Translations under genes and position numbers: made by a program | Notes under the pieces: generated by a model | The model's database searches: none | What the model was told of the DNA's origin: nothing | Seen by the model: only the letters and a program-made list of their open reading frames with translations | Origin: an uncultured Clostridium sp. | GTDB lineage: Bacteria; Bacillota; Clostridia; TANB77; CAG-508 | Direction: 5' to 3' | Assembly (NCBI GenBank): GCA_945877035.1 | Contig: CAMCQH010000002.1 | Coordinates: 29,197 to 93,196 of the forward strand | DNA: 64,000 bases | Shown here: positions 52,629 through 62,244 of the stretch, piece by piece | Layout of the letters: each line of letters begins with the position of its first letter | Numbering within the stretch: position 1 is the first letter of the stretch

Positions 52629-53597
52629 TTATTTTGAAGATGTTGTTGTTGCTGTTGCTGATTTATCTACTACTACAACTTTCTTTCCTTCTGGTTTTGT
52701 AAATGTTGTAGCTAATCCTGTTATTTTTCCGTGTAATAATTCGTTTCCATAGTCTAATCCTATTTGTCCGAATATTTGATATTTTGTTCCAGCACCTTGT
52801 TTTGCTAATTCTTCTAAGAAGAAGTTACCTTTACCTGGTACTAATTGTTCTACTGGTGCTATTGCATCAAAGTTTAGCAAATAAGCTGTTCCTTCTGGTA
52901 TAAATTGTCCTACTGCAATATGTACTGTAGTTGTTGGTAAATAAATATCTCTTATTTGAATACCATATTCATTTGCTCTAAATGCCCCAACTTCTACTCC
53001 CATTTCAATTGCATTTCCGTGAATTTGATTTAATGTTGTATTATCACACCATAATGTTAAGTTTGATATATCTCCGTTTGATTTATCTATTTTTTCAACT
53101 AAATCATTTAACATCCAAATGTCTAATGCTTTTCCACCTGCTGTTACAACATTAGTAACGATTGCTTCGTCTATACCTCTTGTTTTATTTACAGTTGCAT
53201 CTGATGTTGCTTTGTTATATTTTCCTTGAATAAATGTTTTTTCAATACTTCTTGCCATTTTTTTCATTTTGTTAGCAACTTGGAAATCTAATTCATTTAA
53301 TGGATTAGCTTGTTGTCCTGCTATATTTGCACCTGCTAATGTTCCCATATTTGATTGTTTAGCATAACTTATTGCTACTGCATCTTGGAATATTTGTGTT
53401 ACATTAGTATTTTGGCTTCTTGTAATAAATGAAGCATCTGGTGCTTGTAAAGAAGCATTTTCACTTATTGATGGTATATCTCCATCTTCACTTGTATATT
53501 CTTGTCCTAATACGAACTCTACTGAATTTGTGTATTTTGTTTTACCACTTATCATACTTGAAAATGGTGTTCTTGTATTTCCTTTATTAAATAACAT
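52629..53597 (-). CDS. phage major capsid protein (putative)
   Basis: 322 aa, position after the scaffold, composition typical of an MCP. Confidence 0.6.
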   Translation of the reverse strand: MLFNKGNTRTPFSSMISGKTKYTNSVEFVLGQEYTSEDGDIPSISENASLQAPDASFITRSQNTNVTQIFQDAVAISYAKQSNMGTLAGANIAGQQANPLNELDFQVANKMKKMARSIEKTFIQGKYNKATSDATVNKTRGIDEAIVTNVVTAGGKALDIWMLNDLVEKIDKSNGDISNLTLWCDNTTLNQIHGNAIEMGVEVGAFRANEYGIQIRDIYLPTTTVHIAVGQFIPEGTAYLLNFDAIAPVEQLVPGKGNFFLEELAKQGAGTKYQIFGQIGLDYGNELLHGKITGLATTFTKPEGKKVVVVDKSATATTTSSK

Positions 53598-53661
53598 TCC
53601 AGAGTAATTTAAAACTCCAAAACTTGTTGCATATTTATCTGCCCTTGTTTATCTCTCCTTT

Positions 53662-54273
53662 TTATTCTTCATTTTTTTGTTGTTCTTGTTGAATTAGTCT
53701 TGTAAAATATGCGACTTTCAACATATCATTATTTTTTTGTGCATCAGATAATAGACTTTTATATTTTTCTAAATCTGTTTTTTCTCCAGCATCATTATCA
53801 TTCCCTGCTGGTGGTTTTTGTGTACCTTTTATTATTTTATCTGTAATTTGTTTCTCAAGTTCTTTTCTTTGACTTAACATTGTATTACAAATAGTTTCTG
53901 CTAATGTTTTTGTCTTCTCACTATCTTCTTGTACTATAGAGCTTAGCAAATCTCCATATTCTTCCTTTTTAAATCCTGCTTCTGAAAAAATATTTTTAGC
54001 AGTCATTTCATTTAATTGCATTTTAACTTTTCTGTATTCTTCTGATTGTGCTTTTGCTTGTTCTGCTAGTTTTTCTTCATCAGTCATTTTTGTTTCTTTA
54101 AATGTTTCATATTCTGATTTTAAAGCATTATAAGCATTTTTTTGTTTTGTTTTTTCATCATTAAATTTTGATGTAGGTATAAAGTTTTTCCCTACTAAAT
54201 TTTTTATAGCATCTGCTTTAGCACTATCATCTAGTTCTGCATTTGCTAATATTCCTACTAATTCTTCATCCAT
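53662..54273 (-). CDS. phage scaffolding protein (putative)
   Basis: Acidic, coiled-coil-rich 203-aa protein between portal and capsid. Confidence 0.5.
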   Translation of the reverse strand: MDEELVGILANAELDDSAKADAIKNLVGKNFIPTSKFNDEKTKQKNAYNALKSEYETFKETKMTDEEKLAEQAKAQSEEYRKVKMQLNEMTAKNIFSEAGFKKEEYGDLLSSIVQEDSEKTKTLAETICNTMLSQRKELEKQITDKIIKGTQKPPAGNDNDAGEKTDLEKYKSLLSDAQKNNDMLKVAYFTRLIQQEQQKNEE

Positions 54274-54286
54274 CTTTGTTTCCTCC

Positions 54287-55972
54287 TCATACTTCCGTTT
54301 TTACCGAGTCGTTCTCGTTGTTTGTATGGTTAGCCTTTTCCCCACTAACTTGGTTATTTTTTATACTTTGGTTTTCTTTTTTAGAATTTTTATCATCTTG
54401 TTCATTTACTTTTGTAGCCTGAACTGGATTTTCACTTTTCCAAAAATCTTCACCAAAATATTTTTTACTTTTAGCATAAACATCATTAGGGTCTGAAAAT
54501 AATCCACATATCGTAAATGCTATTTCTGGAGCAACTTGTGATTGTTTCATATTCATTAATCCTTCTGTTTTTACTAATAAGTTGTCTGATTTGTTTCTTG
54601 TAAATTTAATGTCAATATCAGAAATTTTTAATGTCTTAATTTGACTCTTATATTTACATATATTTAAAATTAACTTTAAAAACTGTCTTTCTGACTTTTT
54701 AAATGAAAGTTCATCTTGTTTTGCTCTTTCATCCGCCATAGTCCAACCTTCTCCTAATAGTCTAGCTTGTCCTGTGTCTCCTCCAGAAGGCTTGTCATTT
54801 AATCTTGGTATTCCACAAATTGTTAATATATTATTGTATATATCATCTGTTACTATTTTAGTTTCTGAATGTAATAATTGTTGTGTTAATAATTTTACAT
54901 CTGCTGGTTTTTGTGGATTGTCTGATGATACTTGAATAGCTCCCGCTTCTACTAATGTTTTAAATGTTTCTAAATCTACTTCTTGATTTACAAAAACAAG
55001 TAAACTTTGTATAAATTGGTCTATTCCATCTAAATCGTCTGACTTTATTCTATTTAAAGCATTCAATCCACTCATTACAAGCTCTATCAGTCCTAGCCTT
55101 GCTGTATTTAAAGGATATTCAATTATTCTATGTCCTTTAATTACTAGTGGATATGCATCAACTTTAGTTTCCTTTTCATCTAATCCTATTTGTGGTAAAT
55201 TTTGTTGCATAATTTCACAAGTGCCAAATGATTCTTTGAATTTATACATATAATCTTCTGTATATATTGTTATAATTCTATATTTACTTGTGTAACTCTT
55301 TCCATCATCATTGATTAGGTTTTCACTAAACCAACTATAATGACCACTAAATAGTTGTTCACCTTTTATTCCACTACTATATACTACAAAAGTTCTTCTT
55401 GGGTCTGGTATTGATATTTCAAAAGGTGCTTCATCTTCATCTTCTTTACTATCAATATCTGCCCATCTATAAGCCGTACCACAAATATATTGCCATTCTG
55501 CTAAATCTTTATCTTTACTAGATTTATCTTCACTTTCCATAAATTTATTAATTATTGAAATTTCTGGATTAACTGTTTCATTATTTTTTTCACCTTTTTG
55601 AACATATTGTACTGGTTCTCCATATACATATGCTTTTTTAAATTCAACAATTTCAAAAGCGTGATTTTCTAGTACTTTATTATTTATTTCTGGTCTTACA
55701 TTCTTTTCTTTTTTTAATATTGGTTGAAACCCTTTATAATACCTATATAAATAATTAATTTCTCTAGCATTTTTTTCATGTTCTCTTAATACTTCTGGTA
55801 ATATAGACATAATTTTCTCTGCCGTTAAGTCTTTTTTATCTAAAGAATATTTCAATACCCTTCTTCCAAAAAACATCTTATCATAACTTTTTATTGGTAT
55901 TACTGTTGGTACAACTGCCGTAGTATTTTCATTGTTTGTTTCTTCTGCCCTTTTATCTCCTCCATATTGCAA
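54287..55972 (-). CDS. phage portal protein (TTG start)
   Basis: 561 aa, position between terminase and scaffold; the start codon reads TTG. Confidence 0.65.
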   Translation of the reverse strand: MQYGGDKRAEETNNENTTAVVPTVIPIKSYDKMFFGRRVLKYSLDKKDLTAEKIMSILPEVLREHEKNAREINYLYRYYKGFQPILKKEKNVRPEINNKVLENHAFEIVEFKKAYVYGEPVQYVQKGEKNNETVNPEISIINKFMESEDKSSKDKDLAEWQYICGTAYRWADIDSKEDEDEAPFEISIPDPRRTFVVYSSGIKGEQLFSGHYSWFSENLINDDGKSYTSKYRIITIYTEDYMYKFKESFGTCEIMQQNLPQIGLDEKETKVDAYPLVIKGHRIIEYPLNTARLGLIELVMSGLNALNRIKSDDLDGIDQFIQSLLVFVNQEVDLETFKTLVEAGAIQVSSDNPQKPADVKLLTQQLLHSETKIVTDDIYNNILTICGIPRLNDKPSGGDTGQARLLGEGWTMADERAKQDELSFKKSERQFLKLILNICKYKSQIKTLKISDIDIKFTRNKSDNLLVKTEGLMNMKQSQVAPEIAFTICGLFSDPNDVYAKSKKYFGEDFWKSENPVQATKVNEQDDKNSKKENQSIKNNQVSGEKANHTNNENDSVKTEV

Positions 55973-56374
55973 AATAAAAAACAGTAAATAAATGGCATAA
56001 AACCATTACTTACTGCTTTTTATAAGCTATTTGATGGAGTGAATTAGTTAGATACTGTAATCCCTCCATTACTTAATTCGTACCTATTTCCCATTATAAT
56101 AAATATAATTCTCTTTTCCTATGTGTTATTATAACATATTTTAAATTTTCGTGCAAATCGTATTTACATAATGTCTTTTGGTTTCATAGGCGGTGTGTCA
56201 TAATCTTCATATTGGAAGTTATCACACTTTGTTACATAAATAACATATTCTCCCCAATCATCTTTTTCTTTAAATATCTTTTTCATATAATCTTGTTTTT
56301 TGTTTCCATATCTATATTTAAAACATTCTTGCCAATGTTTACATTTCCAACATATATTTTTCCTTTTGTTTCTC

Positions 56375-58070
56375 CTATATTCCTAAACTTAATCTATTTA
56401 TTGGCTTTGGTTTACTTAACTTTCCTTTACCTAATATAATTTCATTCACAAACATTGCCATACTATCTGGAGCATCATCGTATTTATTTGCATAATCAAA
56501 ACTATATGTAACAAAATTTTTCATAAATCTACCATAGTCTGTATTTGGCTTATATATTCTTTTATCTTTAAAATATATTAATTTTTTTATTAATCCTCTT
56601 TGGTCTTTTATTCTTTGCTCTTTCTTAATCGTATTATATTTCTCTATAATTTCACAAGTATAACAACCTTTTGCCTTTAATTTTTCCTCTAACAATGTTT
56701 TTAATGAAGTATCAATATTATTTTCTACTACAAATACTGTTATATTATGTTCTATTATCTTATCTACTATTTCATCATATAAATCTGTCATTGCTTTTTG
56801 CTTAAATATGCAATCAATAAAATAATAATATACTCCATCAGTTTTGAATATTGGCATAGATACATTATCTTTACCCCTTCTAGCTGGGTCCAACACTGCT
56901 AGACAATAATTTTGACATAAATCTTCACCTTTCTCATTTTTTGGTAATTCATCATAATGATTTAATAAATCATCAGCAAATTCCAGTCCTGTAGGTGCTA
57001 TAGGCTCTTGTTGATATACACAACTATATAAAAATGGGTCTGTTGTATCTCTTAACCTTCTTGCTTCAACTGTTGTCATTACTGGTGGACATGTACTTTC
57101 ATCATTTTCATCTAATAGCGGAACTTTTATAAATACAGCATATCCATCAGTCGCTTCCATTACATACTTTTCAAAACCTTTAATTTGACATTGTCTCATC
57201 TCGTGTGTTGCCTCTATATCTCCCATTGTACGATTTAATATATCTTCTGGAGACCACATTGTACCAACAAATATATATGTTACACTTGGGTCTGTTCTTC
57301 TGTTAAACCACTCTGTACTCCAACTTTCATATATTTTTCTATGTACTTCACTATTAGTAGCTTCTTCTGCTCCTTTTGTCATATCATCAAATATAAGTGC
57401 TTTATTTGCTCTTTCTCCTGTACTCGCTCCATCTCTAGTTCTTGCAATATGTGATTTTTGAGAACCACTACCTTTTAATATCCAATCTGATTCTTTTTCT
57501 TTTTCAAATGGCTTGTCCCCATATTTCTTAAATTGAGGAAAAACTTCGCTAAATCTAGGATTTTTTATAACACATTGTATAGCTCTACTAAATCCTAAAA
57601 CAAGTTCTTGTGAATATGACCATCTTAAAATACTATTATTTATATTTATACCAAAAATCCATGCACTAAACATATTAAGTGTATAACTCTTACCATATCC
57701 GTGGTGGAAATGAAGCTTCTATATATTGCAATTTAGAATCAAATGCCGACTTATTCAAATAAAACACAAAAGGTTTTAGCACATTTCTTCTATTTGCTAA
57801 AACTCTACTTTCTACTGGCATATCCATTTCCATATAATCAATAAAATGTTCTAATGACCTTCTACCAGCAAAAGCATAAGCTTTCTCCCACAACTCATAA
57901 TATTTAGGCATATATTCTTGGCTACAATTATAAATTCGGTTTTCTGTTAAAGGTATTAGCGTTGTAATCGCATATTTACAAGCTTGTAATTCTATGTCTT
58001 GTCTATTCTTATCATCTCTTTTAGGGCTATCAAAATATTGCAATAACAATACATATAAGTTATTGCACAT
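56375..58070 (-). pseudogene. terL: phage terminase large subunit split by a +1 frameshift: N-part 57690-58070 in one frame, Walker A (KLHFHHGYGKS) and the rest 56375-57732 in the +1 frame
   Basis: Manual translation at 57661-57740: frame A …KLQYIEASFPPRIW*, frame B *KLHFHHGYGKSYTLNMFSAW…; downstream has nuclease/ATPase-type terminase motifs. Confidence 0.65.
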
Positions 58071-58169
58071 CTCTAATCTTGTATATTCATCAATTTTTTT
58101 CTTTGTTCTTAATATTTTGATTATTTCTTCAATTACTTGCTTATAATCTTGCCTTCTATCATTCTCCTA

Positions 58170-58343
58170 TATTGATATTTTTATTGATACTTCTTCATCA
58201 TAATTATTATCATTAACATGACTTATATTTATTCCATCATCTATTTCAACTTCAATATCTTTAATATTATACTGCTTTACTAAAAGCCAAATATCTTTTT
58301 TCATTCTATTTAAAATATTATATAATTCATCTTTGCTTGCCAT
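58170..58343 (-). CDS. small phage protein (57 aa, MASKDELYNIL…); ends at a TAG that is in frame with the terL N-part
   Basis: Manual translation; 31 stop-free codons link its TAG to MCNNLYV. Confidence 0.3.
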
Positions 58344-58480
58344 TATTCTATCTCACTTTCCTTTATCCATTCTCTGATTTCACTTAACTTATACATTACT
58401 CCACCAGTTGTAAATCTTATTCCCATTACTTTATGCATACTTCCTTTATATTTTATAGTTTGTCCAAAAATATATTTCAT
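58344..58480 (-). CDS. small HTH (excisionase/HTH_17-like) DNA-binding protein
   Basis: …MHKVMGIRFTTGGVMYKLSEIREWIKE; stop overlaps the next ATG (TAATG). Confidence 0.35.
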
Positions 58481-58481
58481 T

Positions 58482-58766
58482 TTATACATGTTTCTTTATC
58501 TCCTTTATTTTTTTCCATTCATATTCTGTAGGTCTTCCTACCATTCTAACTATGCAATAATCAGGCAAATCAAGTGCTATTTCTATTCTTCTTGCCCATG
58601 TATATCCCATTTTAGTATGTATAGCATTATTTAATTTACTTGCTACTAATGTTTTATCATCTGCTAATTTAAGTTCTTTCATTTTATTTAATAAATCTAC
58701 TTGTCTTATATTTCTTTGTTTTAATAAATTTTCAACATAATTTTCTGCTGTAATCCTTTTAATCAT
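58482..58766 (-). CDS. phage hypothetical protein (about 95 aa; the track ORF extension through the tRNA is rejected)
   Basis: Start placed at the first Met after the tRNA-Ser 3-prime end. Confidence 0.35.
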   Translation of the reverse strand: MIKRITAENYVENLLKQRNIRQVDLLNKMKELKLADDKTLVASKLNNAIHTKMGYTWARRIEIALDLPDYCIVRMVGRPTEYEWKKIKEIKKHV

Positions 58767-58771
58767 TCCTT

Positions 58772-58860
58772 TGGCGACACAGGTAGGATTTGAACCTACG
58801 AGCCGTTTCCGACTTTCAGTTTTCAAGACTGATGCATTAAGCCATCTCTGCCACTGTGCC
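58772..58860 (-). tRNA. tRNA-Ser (anticodon TGA), long variable arm
   Basis: Hand fold: acceptor GGCACAG/CTGTGTC, anticodon stem TCAGT/ACTGA with loop CTTGAAA, T-arm GTAGG TTCAAAT CCTAC, CCA. Confidence 0.7.
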
Positions 58861-58867
58861 ATATATT

Positions 58868-58956
58868 TGGCGACAGACTTAGTATTCGAAACTAATACCC
58901 ATAAAAGGTACACACTCCTTAGCAGGGAGGTTTCAGACCTTCTGAATTAATCTGCC
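58868..58956 (-). tRNA. tRNA-Ser-like (anticodon GCT), non-canonical pairs
   Basis: T-arm TTAGT TTCGAAT ACTAA, CCA end, anticodon loop CTGCTAA; several wobbles and mismatches. Confidence 0.4.
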
Positions 58957-59100
58957 ATATTCTAGTGGGTTTTTTGTCAATCTCTTTTAGAGTTTTCCTC
59001 TTTCTCTAAATTCAGTATAGAGTTGATTGTTTGTGGTACATCTTATAGTAATCAACTAACTATAAGAGACTTCCCTAGCTTTCTATACTAGCTTAGTGGG

Positions 59101-59176
59101 TGGCTGGCATGGAGAGCTTCGAACTCCCGACTCCCAGATTAACAGTCTGATGTTCTACCAACTGAACTACACGCCA
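59101..59176 (-). tRNA. tRNA-Asn (anticodon GTT)
   Basis: Hand fold; D-stem GTTC/GAAC, anticodon loop CTGTTAA, CCA end. Confidence 0.7.
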
Positions 59177-59309
59177 ATATATGTACGGTTACTTTATAGT
59201 CCCACCGAAAAGACACTCCACAGCTTGTTTTTCACTCCCTTGGTATTTTGTATTTACAAAATATTCTTCCTTAGTAAGTTACCATAGGATACCGTTATTA
59301 ATTCCCATT

Positions 59310-59383
59310 TGGCTGGATAACCTAGACTCGAACTAAGAACTAGAGAGTCAAAGTCTCTTATGTTACCATTACACCATTATCCA
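59310..59383 (-). tRNA. tRNA-Gln (anticodon TTG), phage-type
   Basis: Acceptor TGGATAA/TTATCCA, anticodon stem AGAGA/TCTCT with loop CTTTGAC, T-loop TTCGAGT. Confidence 0.6.
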
Positions 59384-59582
59384 ATATAATATATTTGGCA
59401 GGTCGGCACCCCCTACATCTCTTGTAAGACCTCATATCGACCATCTTGCGTTACTTTCCTCCTATGGAAAACCGAGCGTGGAACACTTTATGATATAAGG
59501 CGTGATAGCTGCCTTTCTATCCTCAAATATATTTGGAGGGGTTTTCATCTCCTACTACTCCGAAGAAATAGTACCGCTTTCT

Positions 59583-59656
59583 TGGCACAAGTTAATAGAT
59601 TTGAACTACTACAAACAGTTTTGGAGACTGTTGTGCTACCATTACACTAAACTTGT
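59583..59656 (-). tRNA. tRNA-Trp (anticodon CCA)
   Basis: Acceptor ACAAGTT/AACTTGT, anticodon stem ACAGT/ACTGT with loop CTCCAAA, T-loop TTCAAAT. Confidence 0.65.
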
Positions 59657-59760
59657 ATATACAAATACCACCATTAAAATAACAGCAATATTTGTTTAAA
59701 TGAAAGGAAGTGTGTATTATGACACTCGTATAATAAACTCAAGGAATGTCTATTATACTA

Positions 59761-59834
59761 TGGTCAGGGCGGATAGATTTGCACTATCACTAAATCCTTC
59801 CAAGGGACTCATGCTACTATTACATTACACCCTG
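59761..59834 (-). tRNA. tRNA-Pro (anticodon TGG)
   Basis: Acceptor CAGGGTG/CGCCCTG, anticodon loop CTTGGAA, T-arm GATAG TGCAAAT CTATC. Confidence 0.65.
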
Positions 59835-59901
59835 ATATATAGAGAAATATAAACTATTTCTCTAATACTAACTGATAATTATCAAGTTAGTTTATTCTAC
59901 T

Positions 59902-59975
59902 TGGTTGCAGGCGGGCGATTCGAACGCCGTCTCAGGATAAGGAGCCCTGCGAATTACCAATTACTCTACCCCTGC
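59902..59975 (-). tRNA. tRNA-Arg-like (anticodon CCT), imperfect acceptor stem
   Basis: T-loop TTCGAAT, anticodon loop CTCCTTA; acceptor has one mismatch. Confidence 0.4.
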
Positions 59976-60628
59976 GATATACTATTTTGAATTATTTTAT
60001 CAATTTTATTTTACACTTTTCATATATAAGTATCAAATATATTATTAGACCTTCGCCTTACAGTAAAATATCTTTTTAATTATTCAGCCACTAGGAAGAT
60101 AAGTCTGTGTTATAAAGAGCTACTTTATAACATCTTACCCCTTTATTTTATGAGTATAAACTCAACCTATACGGAATTGGTTATCCGTAGATTTCACCCA
60201 TCATTCAGATAATTGCTTTGTATTTGTTTTAATACTTCCAAATTATTCACATGTATCACTGATTTTCCCTTTTTTTATCTCGTTTGGGCTACTCTAACCT
60301 AGTTATGTCTTATAGTTGTTTTTCAACAACTTCACGAGAAATAGCATTGTTTTGACATTACCTACCATCAGCATTACCATACCTTGTCACAGGCTGGCTG
60401 TAGGCTTATTTGTACACCGTACCTGTCTATTATTGCTACGACAACTCTAGTGCTTTATTAAACGATATTTCCTGCACATTACCCATTATTGACTTTTACA
60501 TCTCCTAAGCATATATTACTATACATTTAAAGCAACCTTACAAAAGTATCCTTATGTCTGACTACTTGTCGGATAATTCCCAGCCACATGATATTGCAGT
60601 TATACACTGGGTTAATAATATATTTAAT

Positions 60629-60702
60629 TGGTGCCTTTTGATAGAATTGAACTACCATATCTACTTTACAAGAGTAGCGTTCTACCATTAAACTAAAAAG
60701 GC
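60629..60702 (-). tRNA. tRNA-Thr (anticodon TGT)
   Basis: Perfect acceptor GCCTTTT/AAAAGGC, anticodon stem CTACT/AGTAG with loop CTTGTAA, T-loop TTCAATT, CCA. Confidence 0.7.
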
Positions 60703-60878
60703 ATATATTATGTGGGTATAGATTTGCACTATACAACTTGGAACTAGCCTCTACTTTTTTATATCCTGTTTTTGTCATAATCAGGGGTTTAGTTAATGCT
60801 CCTTGCAATCCTCAAAACGGCTAAAGGCTTTATTATGACTGCTAGTTAAATCTTTACCTATTCCGCCACCACATATTT

Positions 60879-61127
60879 TTATAAACTTTCTCTTATTGTT
60901 GTTAACAACTTACCTAATTCATTTATCTTTTCTGCTTCAAACAGAACCGTTGTTCTTATAGAATTTTCTACACACTTTTCAGAACTTTCACAAACCTCTC
61001 CTAATTGTGTTCCATTAATTATTCTATCAATTTCTTGTGACAACAAAAGACATTCATTTATCTTTTTTAAATTTGTAATTGTTATTTCACTAATTTCGTA
61101 ATCTGTTTTATTTTCCATTTTCTTCAC
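60879..61127 (-). CDS. small phage hypothetical protein (82 aa)
   Basis: ORF only. Confidence 0.3.
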   Translation of the reverse strand: MKKMENKTDYEISEITITNLKKINECLLLSQEIDRIINGTQLGEVCESSEKCVENSIRTTVLFEAEKINELGKLLTTIRESL

Positions 61128-61141
61128 TCCTCTAACTATTT

Positions 61142-61336
61142 TTATCCATTATAATGACATCTTCCATCAAAATATGCTCCACATCTTTCTCCTATACATT
61201 CTGCATTTCCCCAGAAATTAGTAGTAACATATTTTTCAATTATATCTGGATTATCTTCATTTAGTATATTCTTTTGTATTTGTATATGTTGATTTTGCAC
61301 ATATGGACATATTTTATTTGCCATTTTTACCTCCAA
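61142..61336 (-). CDS. small Cys-rich (4 Cys) protein, zinc-ribbon-like
   Basis: ORF; C10, C47, C51, C60. Confidence 0.3.
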   Translation of the reverse strand: MEVKMANKICPYVQNQHIQIQKNILNEDNPDIIEKYVTTNFWGNAECIGERCGAYFDGRCHYNG

Positions 61337-61565
61337 ATATTCCAGTTAATATGCTTACTATAAAAGCAATTGCTACACCGTGCCAGAAAGTGAATGTAAA
61401 TGCTATTCCAAATGCCCATACTATGAATGAACCTATACCCCAAAATACTAATCCACCTATTCCATAAATAACTAATATTATTATAGCTATTGCTATAACT
61501 ACTAATAATCCTGTTAATATTTTTTCTAATGCTTTTTCCATCAAATTCACTCCAAATCTTTCCAC
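61314..61565 (-). CDS. small membrane protein (2-3 TM helices)
   Basis: Hydrophobic 83-aa ORF overlapping its neighbours. Confidence 0.35.
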   Translation of the reverse strand: MERFGVNLMEKALEKILTGLLVVIAIAIIILVIYGIGGLVFWGIGSFIVWAFGIAFTFTFWHGVAIAFIVSILTGIFGGKNGK

Positions 61566-62047
61566 TTAGTTTTATCCAATGTTCTTATTTCATAATTCTT
61601 AAACATTGTCTTTAGTACCTTATTTATCCTATTTCCTTTGCAAAACAACCAAGGATTTACAAAATATTGTATATTTTTGCTATTTTTCCCCTTGTAAAGT
61701 ATGTCTTTTTCTACTAATCCAGAAATTACAGATGATAATTTGCCTTTGCTTATTCCTGTTATTTCCACCAAAGCATCAAATCCAATTTCTTTACCGTTGT
61801 CATACTTTAAACAACATTCTTCATAACTTATATATGGTGTTATTGAGTATAAAAAGGCTTTTTCATATACATCTAGTTCATTCATTATCTTTCGTAGTTC
61901 TTCAATATTTCCTTTAACAAATGTGTTAATCTGCCAAGGTTCATATTGTTTATTTTTTTCTTTTATTCTTCCAAAAGACTCTAATGATGCTTTTCGTAAA
62001 ATTCTATCTCCTTCATTAAGTTCACATGTTATTGCCCTTATTCCCAC
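61547..62047 (-). CDS. RepA_N-like winged-helix protein (putative phage/plasmid replication initiator), GTG start
   Basis: …NTFVKGNIEEL…VYEKAFLYSI…FDALVEITGISKGKLSSVISGLVEKDIL pattern resembles the RepA_N / replisome-organizer N-terminal domain. Confidence 0.4.
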   Translation of the reverse strand: MGIRAITCELNEGDRILRKASLESFGRIKEKNKQYEPWQINTFVKGNIEELRKIMNELDVYEKAFLYSITPYISYEECCLKYDNGKEIGFDALVEITGISKGKLSSVISGLVEKDILYKGKNSKNIQYFVNPWLFCKGNRINKVLKTMFKNYEIRTLDKTKWKDLE

Positions 62048-62184
62048 CTTTTATCTTTATATGTAGTAAATTCTAGTGCCTTTTTTAATGTTTTATGGAT
62101 TTTATCAATACCTTCATTTATATCTTGCCAAATTTTAATTTTGGTATCATCTTGCATCCAATCTCCATACATTTTTATCATTTT
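62041..62184 (-). CDS. small ORF (47 aa) with strong GAGGAGG RBS, overlapping the RepA_N-like start
   Basis: Manual translation MIKMYGDWMQDDTKIKIWQDINEGIDKIHKTLKKALEFTTYKDKRWE. Confidence 0.35.
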
Positions 62185-62194
62185 CCTCCTCATA

Positions 62195-62244
62195 AGTTCA
62201 CCACATGAACCTAAAACCCCGTTTTGAGTTCACCACATGAACCT
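62195..62244. repeat. two identical 18-nt direct repeats AGTTCACCACATGAACCT (62195-62212, 62227-62244), each containing GTTCA-N5-TGAAC; iteron or operator candidates
   Basis: Seen in sequence. Confidence 0.6.

Noticed and set aside
56375-58343. Stop-codon reassignment (alternative genetic code phage) as the explanation for in-frame stops
   Set aside because: Both TAA and TAG are affected, plus genuine frameshifts. None of the eight phage tRNAs has a CUA, UUA or UCA anticodon. Most phage genes terminate normally with TAA or TAG.
58767-58913. N-terminal extension of the 143-aa track ORF through tRNA-Ser
   Set aside because: Overlaps a well-folded tRNA on the same strand; a start at the first Met after the tRNA is more plausible.
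59096-59699. Track ORFs 59096-59287 and 59502-59699
   Set aside because: Overlap tRNA-Asn and tRNA-Trp genes; translations are not protein-like.
60711-60790. Possible additional tRNA with T-arm GTATAG TGCAAAT CTATAC
   Set aside because: A T-arm-like hairpin is present, but I could not find an acceptor stem, an anticodon arm or a CCA end. Left unassigned.
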